Assembly: GCA_027066995.1 (NCBI GenBank)
Contig: JAMOMQ010000166.1
Span: forward strand, 192 to 64,191
Origin: Flavobacteriales bacterium
GTDB lineage: Bacteria > Bacteroidota > Bacteroidia > Flavobacteriales > Flavobacteriaceae
DNA: 64,000 nucleotides
Direction of reading: 5' to 3'
The notes under the pieces were generated by a model. It saw nothing but the letters and a program-made list of their open reading frames with translations. It made no database searches and was not told the DNA's origin. Positions 47,145 through 56,722 of this stretch are shown here, piece after piece (positions within the stretch are counted from its first letter, which is position 1; every line of letters begins with the position of its first letter). A program made the translations under genes and the position numbers.

Positions 47145-48227
47145 ATGAGAAAACTATTAATTTTTAGCTGGTTAAGCATTATTTTATGGTCATGCGGCAC
47201 CACACAAACCACCACCAAGGTCAATAAAAGGTCAACTATAAATACCGGAAAAAAATATTTGGCGCGAACCATAGCATTTTACAATTTGGAAAATTTGTTT
47301 GATACCATTGACAATCCCACAACTCGCGATGAAGATTTTACCCCCAACGGCAGGGATCATTGGACCAGTGAAAAATACCATAAAAAATTACAAAATTTGG
47401 CAACAGTAATAGCCGACATAGGCAAAAAAGAAACCGGCACTTCACCGGCGGTTATCGGGGTAGCTGAAGCTGAAAACCGGGGTGTTCTTGAGGATTTAAT
47501 CAAAACGCCTCCCTTGGCAGGTCAACAATATGGCATTATACATTTCGACTCACCCGACCGTCGTGGTATTGATGTTGCCCTCTTGTATAAAAAACGTTTT
47601 TTTAAACCTATCAATTTTAAAAAATATCCATTATTAATATATGATAGTGACGGCAAACGTATTTATACCCGTGATCAATTGGTTGTTACAGGTTTGCTGG
47701 ACGGTGAAAAAATCAGTTTTATTGTAGACCACTGGCCTTCAAGACGCGGTGGTGAAGCACGTAGCCGTCCCAAGCGTATCAAAGCAGCCCAACTGAGCAA
47801 GAAAATAGCCGACTCTCTTTTACAATTAGACCCCCAAGCCAAAATAGTCATAATGGGCGATTTAAACGACGATCCCAGCAGCCCGAGTGTCAAACAAGTA
47901 TTTAGAGCTACAGCAGATAAAAGCAAAGTGTTAGACGGTGGCTATTATAATGCCATGGAACATTTTTATAATCGTGGTATTGGCACCTTGGCTTATAGAG
48001 ACGGGTGGAACCTTTTTGATCAAATAATTATTTCATCGGGCTTGTTAAAAAATACCAATGACCACAATTTTCATTTCTGGAAATCAGGCATTTACAGCAA
48101 AGAATTTATGAAAAACCGCAAAGGCCGCTACAAAGGATATCCAAAAAGGACTTTGGTTGGCGGCCAATTTATAGGTGGCTATAGCGACCACTTCCCTACA
48201 TATATCATAATAGTAAGAGCATTGTAA
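47145..48227 (+). CDS. Secreted lipoprotein nuclease/phosphatase of the EEP family
   Basis: Start moved to MRKLLIFSWLSIILWSCG (lipobox). AFYNLENLFD, GVAEAEN, MGDLNDD and GYSDHFP are EEP catalytic blocks, as in extracellular nucleases. Confidence 0.75.
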   Translation: MRKLLIFSWLSIILWSCGTTQTTTKVNKRSTINTGKKYLARTIAFYNLENLFDTIDNPTTRDEDFTPNGRDHWTSEKYHKKLQNLATVIADIGKKETGTSPAVIGVAEAENRGVLEDLIKTPPLAGQQYGIIHFDSPDRRGIDVALLYKKRFFKPINFKKYPLLIYDSDGKRIYTRDQLVVTGLLDGEKISFIVDHWPSRRGGEARSRPKRIKAAQLSKKIADSLLQLDPQAKIVIMGDLNDDPSSPSVKQVFRATADKSKVLDGGYYNAMEHFYNRGIGTLAYRDGWNLFDQIIISSGLLKNTNDHNFHFWKSGIYSKEFMKNRKGRYKGYPKRTLVGGQFIGGYSDHFPTYIIIVRAL

Positions 48228-48271
48228 GATAAGTGGTATTGATTAAGCAATACCAAATCAATTTATAAAAT

Positions 48272-48400
48272 GAGGCTGTCTCAAAAGATTAAATTATCTG
48301 TCATTCCTAACAAAGTGAGGAATCTCATGCCTGATAATCAACAACTTATATTTTCATTATTATATGAATTGTTTATGAAGAGTACTTTTGAGACAGCTTC
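48272..48400. repeat. REP-like nested palindrome
   Basis: The outer arms gaggctgtctcaaaag / cttttgagacagcttc match at 15 of 16 positions. They enclose an inner hairpin attcct-aacaaagtg-aggaat. Confidence 0.7.
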
Positions 48401-48484
48401 ATTTTTTACTTAATCAAGAAAAAAACGCAGTAGTAGCCGTAGCTACAGTCGAGTATTTTTGACGATGAGAAAACCAAAAAGAAA

Positions 48485-48518
48485 CAAAATATTGGACTAA
48501 TTTGATTCGTTTTGGTAT
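48485..48518. repeat. Inverted-repeat partner (left) flanking the tRNA pair
   Basis: caaaatattggactaatttgattcgttttggtat is the approximate reverse complement of 48898..48935. Confidence 0.6.
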
Positions 48519-48544
48519 TAGGACAAGACAAATATTAAAAACAA

Positions 48545-48576
48545 AAAAAGCTTACCTAAAATAGGCAAGCTTTTTT
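48545..48576 (-). terminator. Rho-independent terminator downstream of tRNA-Ser
   Basis: aaaaaaagcttacc-taaaat-aggcaagctttttt. Confidence 0.8.
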
Positions 48577-48577
48577 G

Positions 48578-48662
48578 CGGAGAGTGAGGGATTCGAACCC
48601 CCGGTGGGTTGCCCCACAACGGTTTTCAAGACCGCCGCATTCGACCTCTCTGCCAACTCTCC
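48578..48662 (-). tRNA. tRNA-Ser (anticodon UGA)
   Basis: The reverse complement folds as GGAGAGT acceptor, anticodon stem GCGGT/ACCGT with loop CU-UGA-AA, long variable arm TGTGGGGCAACCCACC and T-arm GGGGGTTCGAATCCCTC. 85 nt. Confidence 0.9.
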
Positions 48663-48718
48663 TGGCCGGTAATATCTACCTTTATATGTGGCGAGGATAA
48701 GCAATTCATCCTCTATAG

Positions 48719-48792
48719 TAGCGAGGGCGGGAATTGAACCCGCGACCTCCGGGTTATGAATCCGACGCTCTAACCGTCTGAGCTACCTCGCC
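48719..48792 (-). tRNA. tRNA with CAU anticodon (elongator Met, or Ile2 if lysidine-modified)
   Basis: The reverse complement is GGCGAGGTAGCTCAGACGGTTAGAGCGTCGGATTCATAACCCGGAGGTCGCGGGTTCAATTCCCGCCCTCGCTA. Cloverleaf with loop UU-CAU-AA. No initiator-type features (no three G-C pairs closing the anticodon stem). Confidence 0.85.
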
Positions 48793-48897
48793 TCGTCTCT
48801 TTCATATTCGGGCTGCAAATATAAAAAGATTTTTAAGAAAAATAACATAAAACCAAAAATATTTTCCTTTTTGTGTAAGCCCTTGTAATTGAATTTT

Positions 48898-48935
48898 ATA
48901 CCAAATCGATTTATAAATTAGTCCAAAATATTTTG
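48898..48935. repeat. Inverted-repeat partner (right) flanking the tRNA pair
   Basis: The sequence is ataccaaatcgatttataaattagtccaaaatattttg. Its first 20 nt also recur in direct orientation at 48250..48269. Confidence 0.6.
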
Positions 48936-49071
48936 TCCCGAAGCTTCAGGATTACTTAATGAAGGAGAAAAATGCAGTAATAGCCGTAATTTTTTAACGA
49001 GTTTTTTTCGACACTGATTTATTAAAAAACCAATTAATGAATTAATTTTTATGTCATTTTGTATTTAAAAC

Positions 49072-49563
49072 TTAATCAAATGGTTTTTCCATCTCATTAA
49101 TGTAAACCTGTTGCGAACTGTTCAAACCCGATAAATAAATTATTTTATCGGGATGGGGTTTCATTAACAAAAAAAGTAAAATACTGTAGGCAGCAAATAT
49201 CAAAAAAACCAAATTTTGTGTATTTAAAAACCAAATGGTATTCATAAAACCATAAGCTTCTACAATACCTAAATTGATAATATAATAACTCCTGTAAATA
49301 TCTAATTTTTCACGAATATCTTTAAATTGTCTTGCTTGAAAACTAAGTCTTTTTTTTAATAAAACAGAGACAAAATACACCAATACCGCACCAAACAAGC
49401 TTAAATAAATCCACTTAAGGTCTCTGTCTGTAAACTCAAATTGATGTCGCTTGGTAAAAAAATAAACCACCGTCATAAATAGTAATAACCCTAAAAAAAG
49501 TAAGCTATAAATAAAATTTAATTTCCTGTAATAATTCTTAAAATTAGAAATGTAATGAGACAT
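49072..49563 (-). CDS. Hypothetical membrane protein (4 TM)
   Basis: 163 aa, four hydrophobic helices, no recognisable motif. Confidence 0.6.
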   Translation of the reverse strand: MSHYISNFKNYYRKLNFIYSLLFLGLLLFMTVVYFFTKRHQFEFTDRDLKWIYLSLFGAVLVYFVSVLLKKRLSFQARQFKDIREKLDIYRSYYIINLGIVEAYGFMNTIWFLNTQNLVFLIFAAYSILLFLLMKPHPDKIIYLSGLNSSQQVYINEMEKPFD

Positions 49564-49748
49564 TTTGTGTGTTTTTGAGCTACAAAATTACAAACTAATA
49601 TTGGTATTTGACCTAAATTTCTACTAAAAAAGAAATTTCAACTTGATTATAATTGAATTTTTATCACATTTTTCCTTTTTTTGATTTGAATAAATTAACA
49701 AAATATTGATTTCAATAATAATTATTCAGAATTCAAAAAGTTATTAAC

Positions 49749-49780
49749 AAAGTGGTAAAAAGTGGTAAAAAGTGCAAAAA
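49749..49780 (+). promoter_or_regulatory. Candidate MraZ operator: three direct 10-bp repeats
   Basis: aaAGTGGTAAAA AGTGGTAAAA AGTGCAAAAA with exact 10-bp phasing, immediately upstream of a TAATTTTG box and mraZ. Confidence 0.55.
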
Positions 49781-49786
49781 AAATAG

Positions 49787-49794
49787 TAATTTTG
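49787..49794 (+). promoter_or_regulatory. Candidate -7 box (TAATTTTG) of the dcw promoter
   Basis: Exact TAnnTTTG match 24 nt upstream of the mraZ ATG. Confidence 0.45.
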
Positions 49795-49817
49795 AATACT
49801 TAATTAAACGTCAAAAA

Positions 49818-50282
49818 ATGCAACCACTCAATGGCACATATTATTGCAAAATGGATTCTAAAGGTAGAATAATGCTGCCTGCCGAATTGCGCAAGCAATT
49901 ATCTGATTTGCAAATGGATAGTTTTGTGCTTAAACGAGCAGTTTTTCATAATAATTTAGAAATGCATCCTAAAAACGAATGGAGCAAATTAATGGAAAAA
50001 TTAAACAAGCTCAACCGTTTTAAGAAAAAAAACATAGACTTTCTGACACGATTTTTGGCAGGCGTGCGCAATGTTAATATTGACGGGACAGGGCGTCTGC
50101 AAATTCCGAAAGATTTGGTAGCTGTAGCCGGTCTTAAAAAAGAAGTGGTCATTGCTTCCAGCATTAACATACTTCAAATTTGGGATAAAGATGCTTATGA
50201 ACAATTCTTACAAGCCAGTGTCGAAGACTTTTCCGACTTGGCCGAAGAGGTAATGGGTGATATAGATTTTGATAATGAGTAG
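49818..50282 (+). CDS. mraZ: Transcriptional regulator MraZ
   Basis: Start moved to MQPLNGTYYCKMDSKGRIMLP. Two SpoVT/AbrB-like halves (DSKGRIMLP and DGTGRLQIP). Confidence 0.92.
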   Translation: MQPLNGTYYCKMDSKGRIMLPAELRKQLSDLQMDSFVLKRAVFHNNLEMHPKNEWSKLMEKLNKLNRFKKKNIDFLTRFLAGVRNVNIDGTGRLQIPKDLVAVAGLKKEVVIASSINILQIWDKDAYEQFLQASVEDFSDLAEEVMGDIDFDNE

Positions 50283-51204
50283 TTCCAATCAAACATATCA
50301 TGTGCCGGTATTGCTCAAAGAAAGTGTGGACGGCTTAAACATTAGGTCTAATGGCACTTATGTAGATGTAACTTTTGGCGGGGGTGGTCATTCGAAAGAA
50401 ATTTTAAAGCGCTTGGGCCCCGAAGGCCGTTTGTATGCTTTTGACCAAGATGCCGATGCCGCACAAAACAAAATAGACGATCCACGGTTTACATTAATTG
50501 AAGCCAATTTTGCCAATCTTAAAAATTATTTGAGACTTGAAGGCGTCAAAGAGATAGACGGGTTACTAGCAGACTTGGGTATTTCATCCCATCAAATCAA
50601 TAAACCCACGCGAGGTTTTTCAACACGTTTTGATGAAAAATTGGACATGCGAATGGATAAATCAGCCGAATTATCTGCCTATGATATCATCAACAAGTAT
50701 GACGAATATGAACTTAGAAAACTGTTTTGGCAATACGGTGATTTGAAAAATGCAGCCACTTTGGCCAAGAGTATTGTCAAAGCACGGGAAGAAGCCCCTA
50801 TTAAAACCACCGGCCAACTCAATGAAATTGTCGCCAAACATTTTCCAAAATCGAAAATGAATAAATTCTTGGCCAAATTGTATCAAGCTATCAGAATTGA
50901 AGTAAACGGCGAGATTGAAGCTCTAAAGAATATGTTGCAACAAGCGGCAATGATAATTAAACCCGGCGGCCGGTTGAGTGTAATATCCTATCACTCTCTC
51001 GAAGACCGCTTGGTCAAGCGATTTATTAGAGACGGCCTGTTTGAGGGTCAACCTGAAAAAGATTTTTACGGCAATATCAGTGTGCCTTTTAAAAAGACAG
51101 GCAAACTAATTGTGCCGGATGATGACGAAATTGCTGCAAACCCACGGGCACGCAGCGCCAAACTGCGCATAGCGGAACGAACACAAGCACCTTATAAGCT
51201 ATGA
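50269..51204 (+). CDS. rsmH: 16S rRNA (cytosine1402-N4)-methyltransferase
   Basis: YHVPVLLKESV, DVTFGGGGHS, DLGISSHQ, ISYHSLEDR and NPRARSAKLR motifs. Confidence 0.95.
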   Translation: MIMSSSNQTYHVPVLLKESVDGLNIRSNGTYVDVTFGGGGHSKEILKRLGPEGRLYAFDQDADAAQNKIDDPRFTLIEANFANLKNYLRLEGVKEIDGLLADLGISSHQINKPTRGFSTRFDEKLDMRMDKSAELSAYDIINKYDEYELRKLFWQYGDLKNAATLAKSIVKAREEAPIKTTGQLNEIVAKHFPKSKMNKFLAKLYQAIRIEVNGEIEALKNMLQQAAMIIKPGGRLSVISYHSLEDRLVKRFIRDGLFEGQPEKDFYGNISVPFKKTGKLIVPDDDEIAANPRARSAKLRIAERTQAPYKL

Positions 51205-51506
51205 GTATTTGGTCTATCATTAAAGCGGATTATTTGACCAATGAAAACGCCACAAAAAACTGGCTGTTTATATTGATGTTGGTAGTAATGGGATTGACTA
51301 TTATCAATCTGTCACATTCGGCCGATGCCAAGGTTAAAAAAATAGTTAAACTCAATAAGGAAGTGAAAGCTTTACGCTCCGAATATGTCGAACTCAAAGC
51401 CAGAGTCATTAAACGCAAAATGGCGAGTGATGTATATACAAGATTACAATCGGAAGGTTTTATACTATCAAAAAAACAACCGGTAAAAATTAAATTAAAA
51501 AAGTAA
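51201..51506 (+). CDS. ftsL: FtsL-like cell division protein
   Basis: 101 aa with a single TM helix followed by a coiled-coil. It sits between rsmH and ftsI. ATGA overlap with rsmH. Confidence 0.7.
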   Translation: MSIWSIIKADYLTNENATKNWLFILMLVVMGLTIINLSHSADAKVKKIVKLNKEVKALRSEYVELKARVIKRKMASDVYTRLQSEGFILSKKQPVKIKLKK

Positions 51507-53468
51507 ATGAATCAAAACAATGCAAATATTACCAAAAGAAGTATGACCGTTTTTGCGGGCTTATTCTTGTTTGCAATACTCATTGTCATACAATTGATTC
51601 GCATACAATATATTGACGGCAATAAATACCGTGCTTTGGCTCAAAAATATACCGTAAAAGAATTTACCATTAAGGCCAATCGCGGTAATATTTATACTGC
51701 AAAAGGTAATATTTTGGCAACTTCTGTTCCAAAATATGATATCGCTTTTGACCCGACCGCACCTTCTACCAAAAACTTCAATCGTTATATTGACGGCTTG
51801 TGTGTGCAATTATCAAGATTTACAGGTAAACCGCAAGCCCAATGGAAAAGAGCTTTTGTCAAGGCACGTCAAAATAACCGGAAATATATCAAAGTAGCCA
51901 AAGGCATTGACTACTCCGATTATCAACGTATTAAAAAATTCCCGTTATTCAAATTAGGTATGAATAAAGGCGGATTTATAGCCGAATTGCACAGCGAACG
52001 CAGTTATCCTCTCGGGGGAGTGCTCAAACGCACCATCGGTTTTGATCGTGGTAAAGGCAACCGTGCCGGTATTGAAGGCGCCTATGCTACTTACTTACGT
52101 GGTAAAGACGGCATGCAAAAAAAACAAAAAATAAAATATGGCGTTTGGAAACCTTTAAGCGACATAAATGATATTGAACCGCAAGACGGTTACGATGTGA
52201 TTACTAATATCGATATTGACATGCAAGATATGGCACATCAAACCTTGCTAAAACAATTGCAAAAATTTGAAGCCGACCATGGCAGCTTGGTCATCATGGA
52301 TGTCAAAACCGGTGCTGTCAAAGCAATGGTCAATTTGGGCAAAACACAATCGGGGCGTTATGAAGAACTTAGAAATTATGCCGTTTACGAAACACACGAA
52401 CCCGGTTCCACCTTTAAACTTTTTTCGGTAATGGCATTGCTCGAAGACAAAGTGGCTGACACCTCCGATATCGTTGATACCGGCAAGGGCGTTTACCAAA
52501 TTTATAACAAGCGGGTCCGCGATGCCCACCATGGCGGCATGGGTAAACTTACCCTAAAACAAGTGCTTGAAAAAAGCTCAAATGTAGGTGTCGTTAAAAT
52601 GGTATATGAACATTATAAAGACCATCCTGAAAAATTTGTAAACCGCCTCTATAATTTCGGCATTCACGAAAAAGTAAAAATTGACATCAAAGGAGAAGGG
52701 CAACCACATATTCCGGACCCCAAAGATGACAATTGGAGTGGTATTTCTTTACCCTGGATGGCTTACGGATACGGTGTGGAATTAACCGATATACAAATTT
52801 TAACTTATTATAATGCCATTGCCAATAACGGTAAGGTTATGAGACCTTATCTGGTTCAACAAATCAAATCCTTTGATAAGACCATCAAAAAATTTAAACC
52901 CGAAGTGTTAAATCATTCGCTGGCTTCAAAAGAAACAATCGGTAAAATGCAAGACATGCTCAAGGGGGTTGTTTTGCGTGGCACCGCTACCAATATTAAA
53001 AATCCGTATGTCAGCATAGCCGGTAAAACAGGCACGGCACAAACCGAATATTGGAAAGGTAAAGGACAATACATTGCTTCATTTGTAGGTTATTTTCCGG
53101 CTGAACAACCAAAATATTCCATGATAGTGGTGATACACAAACCCAATCCGGAAAAAGGCTACTACGGCAATATTGTAGCTGCCCCTGTCTTTAAAACACT
53201 TGCCGAATATATTTACGGCAAAACCCCTCGTAAAGTTGAACTTGCCGAAGCCCGTAGTCAAACCGAAACAAAAACCGAAAAAATAGCACAAAAATATAAA
53301 ACCGTGATGCCCGATTTACACGGAATGCCATCAAAAAGTGCTGTATATATTTTAGAAAACATGGGATTAAAAGTACGCCTGAACGGTAGTGGCAAAGTGG
53401 CAAAACAATCGATTCCAAGAGGTATAAAAGTCAAAAAAAATCAAGTAGTTGAACTTAAATTAATATGA
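51507..53468 (+). CDS. ftsI: Penicillin-binding protein 3 / peptidoglycan D,D-transpeptidase FtsI, with a C-terminal PASTA domain
   Basis: SxxK (GSTFKL), SxN (KSSNVG) and KTG (GKTGTA) motifs, plus a C-terminal PASTA-like MPDLHGM...LKVRLNGSGKV. Confidence 0.93.
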   Translation: MNQNNANITKRSMTVFAGLFLFAILIVIQLIRIQYIDGNKYRALAQKYTVKEFTIKANRGNIYTAKGNILATSVPKYDIAFDPTAPSTKNFNRYIDGLCVQLSRFTGKPQAQWKRAFVKARQNNRKYIKVAKGIDYSDYQRIKKFPLFKLGMNKGGFIAELHSERSYPLGGVLKRTIGFDRGKGNRAGIEGAYATYLRGKDGMQKKQKIKYGVWKPLSDINDIEPQDGYDVITNIDIDMQDMAHQTLLKQLQKFEADHGSLVIMDVKTGAVKAMVNLGKTQSGRYEELRNYAVYETHEPGSTFKLFSVMALLEDKVADTSDIVDTGKGVYQIYNKRVRDAHHGGMGKLTLKQVLEKSSNVGVVKMVYEHYKDHPEKFVNRLYNFGIHEKVKIDIKGEGQPHIPDPKDDNWSGISLPWMAYGYGVELTDIQILTYYNAIANNGKVMRPYLVQQIKSFDKTIKKFKPEVLNHSLASKETIGKMQDMLKGVVLRGTATNIKNPYVSIAGKTGTAQTEYWKGKGQYIASFVGYFPAEQPKYSMIVVIHKPNPEKGYYGNIVAAPVFKTLAEYIYGKTPRKVELAEARSQTETKTEKIAQKYKTVMPDLHGMPSKSAVYILENMGLKVRLNGSGKVAKQSIPRGIKVKKNQVVELKLI

Positions 53469-54952
53469 TAAAATTACAAAACATATTAGAAGATATTAAA
53501 ATTATCAAGCAATCTGCGCCCGCTGATATTAATATTAACCATATTCAATATGACTCACGTCAAGTGCAATCCGGTGATGTGTTTGTGGCTATAAAAGGTA
53601 TCAATACCGACGGACATCAATATATTGATAAGGCTATTGATAAAGGAGCTATCGCTGTTGTTGTAGAAAAACGGATTGATAATCTGCCTAATAATATTTT
53701 GCAAATACAAGTTGATGATTCACATCGGGCTTTATCTGTAATGGCATCCAATTATTATGGTCGGCCGTCAGAACAACTAAAACTAGTCGGTGTGACAGGC
53801 ACCAATGGCAAAACAACCACAGCCAGCTTAGCTTACAAACTCTTTAAAAAAGCCGGATATAAAGCCGGTTTATTGTCCACTGTTGCCATTTTAATAGACG
53901 GCAAGACTTACCCGGCCACACATACAACACCCGATCCGCTCGTGATTAATTATTATTTGGATCAAATGCTTAAAGCCGGCGTTACTCATGTATTTATGGA
54001 AGTCAGTTCGCACGGATTGGATCAGAAACGAACGGCAGGCCTAAACTTTGACGGCGGAGTATTTACCAATTTGACACATGATCACCTGGATTATCATGAA
54101 ACATTTATCAATTACCGTAATACCAAAAAACTTTTCTTTGATCAATTGTCCAAAGATGCTTTTGCTTTAGTCAATGCCGATGACAAAAACGGCCTGTTTA
54201 TGCTACAAAATACCGCTGCCCGCAAATTGACTTATGCCCTGAAAAATCCGGCAGATTACAAAGCCAAAATTTTGGAACAAAATTTTTCAGGTATGTTACT
54301 AACAATCAATAACATGGAAGTTTGGGTACGATTGGTGGGACGTTTCAATGCTTATAACATATTGGCGGTCTTTGGCATTGCCGACCAATTGGGTATGGAG
54401 CCTTTTGACATATTACAAATTATCAGTGAATTGCACAGTGTTGACGGTCGTTTTGAATTGATTTTATCACCCGAAGGTAAAATAGCCATAGTAGATTATG
54501 CACATACACCCGATGCTTTGGAAAATGTCTTAAAAACCATCAATGACATACGACCCAACAACAACGAAAAACTGATTACTGTAGTGGGTGCCGGTGGCAA
54601 TAGAGACAAAACCAAACGTCCGGAAATGGCTGAAGTGGCCTCCCGGTTGAGTAATAGTGTCATATTTACTTCTGACAATCCGAGAGATGAAGTGCCCGAC
54701 CAAATCATAGACGATATGGAAGCAGGCGTACCGCCCGAACATTACAAAAAAACATTGCGGATTACCGACCGCCGCCAAGCCATAAAAGCAGCTGCCGCCT
54801 TGGCCAACACCGGCGATATTATTTTAATAGCTGGTAAAGGTCATGAAGACTATCAAATCATAAAAGGGGTCAAACAACATTTTGACGACCGTGAAGAAAT
54901 AAAAAAAGCATTCGGATTAATAAAAGAACAAGGCAACAGCCTAACAAAATAA
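53465..54952 (+). CDS. murE: UDP-MurNAc-L-Ala-D-Glu:meso-DAP ligase
   Basis: GVTGTNGKTT P-loop and a DNPR motif (DAP specificity). Full length, 495 aa. Confidence 0.93.
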   Translation: MIKLQNILEDIKIIKQSAPADININHIQYDSRQVQSGDVFVAIKGINTDGHQYIDKAIDKGAIAVVVEKRIDNLPNNILQIQVDDSHRALSVMASNYYGRPSEQLKLVGVTGTNGKTTTASLAYKLFKKAGYKAGLLSTVAILIDGKTYPATHTTPDPLVINYYLDQMLKAGVTHVFMEVSSHGLDQKRTAGLNFDGGVFTNLTHDHLDYHETFINYRNTKKLFFDQLSKDAFALVNADDKNGLFMLQNTAARKLTYALKNPADYKAKILEQNFSGMLLTINNMEVWVRLVGRFNAYNILAVFGIADQLGMEPFDILQIISELHSVDGRFELILSPEGKIAIVDYAHTPDALENVLKTINDIRPNNNEKLITVVGAGGNRDKTKRPEMAEVASRLSNSVIFTSDNPRDEVPDQIIDDMEAGVPPEHYKKTLRITDRRQAIKAAAALANTGDIILIAGKGHEDYQIIKGVKQHFDDREEIKKAFGLIKEQGNSLTK

Positions 54953-54958
54953 AGAATT

Positions 54959-56179
54959 ATGTTATATTACTTTTTTCAACATATATGGCCTGATTTTCCC
55001 GGTGCGGGATTGTTCAACTACCTGTCATTCCGGTCGGGAATGGCTTTTGTAACCGCCTTGTTATTTTCTTTGTTGGTGGGTAAAAAAATCATAGGCCGGT
55101 TAAGACAATTGCAAATTGGTGAAACAGTGCGTGACTTGGGTCTGGAAGGTCAAAAATCTAAGGAAGGCACACCCACCATGGGAGGCATTATCATTATTTT
55201 GGCCACCTTGATTCCGGTGTTACTATTCAACGATTTAAAAAATATTTACATCCAACTTTTACTTATCACGTTAATTTGGATGGGATTTATAGGTTTTACC
55301 GATGATTACATCAAGGTCATCAAAAAAAACAAAGAAGGTTTGGCCGGTAAATTCAAAATTCTGGGACAAATAAGCTTAGGTGTAGTCATTGGCAGTGTCA
55401 TGTTAATTAATGAAAATATTACCATTCGGACCGAAGACTTTTCCGCCCAAACACAACAAGTTCAAAAAAAATTGGGTGAAAATTTTCGACCGGCAGAAAA
55501 ATCACTCAAAACCACCATTCCTCTTTTCAAAAACAATGAGTTCAATTATGAAAACATTCTGAAAAGCCTCAAATCATCGTGGGCAAAATATACATGGTTA
55601 CTATTCATACTGATTGTTATATTTATAATTACGGCCGTATCCAATGCCGCCAATTTAACCGACGGTATAGACGGTCTGGCAGCCGGCACTTCTGCCATTA
55701 TCATATTGGCTTTGGCTCTTTTAGCTTGGATATCCGGCAATATTATGATATCCGATTATCTTAATATCATGTATATCCCCGGTATTGGTGAGGTATCTGT
55801 ATTTATAAGTGCTTTTGCCGGTGCATTAATCGGATTTTTATGGTTCAATGCCTACCCGGCACAAGTTTTTATGGGTGATACCGGAAGCTTAACCATTGGC
55901 GCTATTATTGCCGTTGTTGCTTTATTTATCCGCAAAGAATTATTGATACCGGTATTGGCAGGTATTTTTGTCATTGAAAACGCTTCGGTAATCATTCAAC
56001 GTTTTTGGTTTAAATATACCAAAAAACGCTATGGCGAAGGAAGGCGGGTTTTTAAAATGGCCCCTATTCACCATCATTTTCAAAAATTAGGTTGGCACGA
56101 AAACAAAATAGTTATTCGCTTTTGGATAGTCGGAATAATTCTGGCAGCCATTAGTATCATCAGTTTAAAGGTAAGATAA
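54959..56179 (+). CDS. mraY: Phospho-N-acetylmuramoyl-pentapeptide transferase
   Basis: 406 aa, 10 TM segments. [25 protein letters not shown] and APIHHHF motifs. Confidence 0.95.
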   Translation: MLYYFFQHIWPDFPGAGLFNYLSFRSGMAFVTALLFSLLVGKKIIGRLRQLQIGETVRDLGLEGQKSKEGTPTMGGIIIILATLIPVLLFNDLKNIYIQLLLITLIWMGFIGFTDDYIKVIKKNKEGLAGKFKILGQISLGVVIGSVMLINENITIRTEDFSAQTQQVQKKLGENFRPAEKSLKTTIPLFKNNEFNYENILKSLKSSWAKYTWLLFILIVIFIITAVSNAANLTDGIDGLAAGTSAIIILALALLAWISGNIMISDYLNIMYIPGIGEVSVFISAFAGALIGFLWFNAYPAQVFMGDTGSLTIGAIIAVVALFIRKELLIPVLAGIFVIENASVIIQRFWFKYTKKRYGEGRRVFKMAPIHHHFQKLGWHENKIVIRFWIVGIILAAISIISLKVR

Positions 56180-56199
56180 TAAGAAAAGATTGACCAAGT

Positions 56200-56721
56200 A
56201 TGCAAACACAAACAAATCATAAAAATTTAGCCGCTATGACAGCACAATTATTACAGAATCGACGGCGAACATTGAAAAAACCCTTTCAATCGTTTATCAA
56301 TGTACCTCATAGAATGCAGCAGGTTCGTGTCAAAAATGGCGTTGTTTTTATCAACGATTCAAAAGCTGAAAATGTCAATGCAACCTATTTTGCCCTGCAA
56401 AGCATTAAAAAACCGGTGATATGGATTGCCGGCGGAGACGATTCAAATACCAATTATTGGGAATTGATGTCCTTGGTGCGTCAAAAAGTATCGCATATAA
56501 TCATGATTGGACAAAACAATGACCGTTTATATCAATTATTTGCTCCTGTTATAGACCATATTTATAAGGTAAAAACAATGCGTGAAGCAGTACAGCTAAG
56601 CTACCAGTTTGCAGAACAAGGTTGCAGTGTATTATTATCTCCGGCTTGCAAACCGGATTATGCTTTTGTAGATTATCGAGACCGCGGAGAACAATTTATT
56701 AAAGCCGTTAATAAATTATAA
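56200..56721 (+). CDS. murD: MurD C-terminal-domain-only ORF (truncated murD; remnant or neofunctionalised fragment)
   Basis: 173 aa. PHRMQQV..NGVVFINDSKAENV, WIAGGDDSNTNY and LLSPACKPDYAFVDYRDRGEQF align to the MurD C-terminal domain only. There is no N-terminal Rossmann domain and no GxxGKT central domain, and only 20 nt separate it from the mraY stop. Confidence 0.75.
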   Translation: MQTQTNHKNLAAMTAQLLQNRRRTLKKPFQSFINVPHRMQQVRVKNGVVFINDSKAENVNATYFALQSIKKPVIWIAGGDDSNTNYWELMSLVRQKVSHIIMIGQNNDRLYQLFAPVIDHIYKVKTMREAVQLSYQFAEQGCSVLLSPACKPDYAFVDYRDRGEQFIKAVNKL

Positions 56722-56722
56722 A

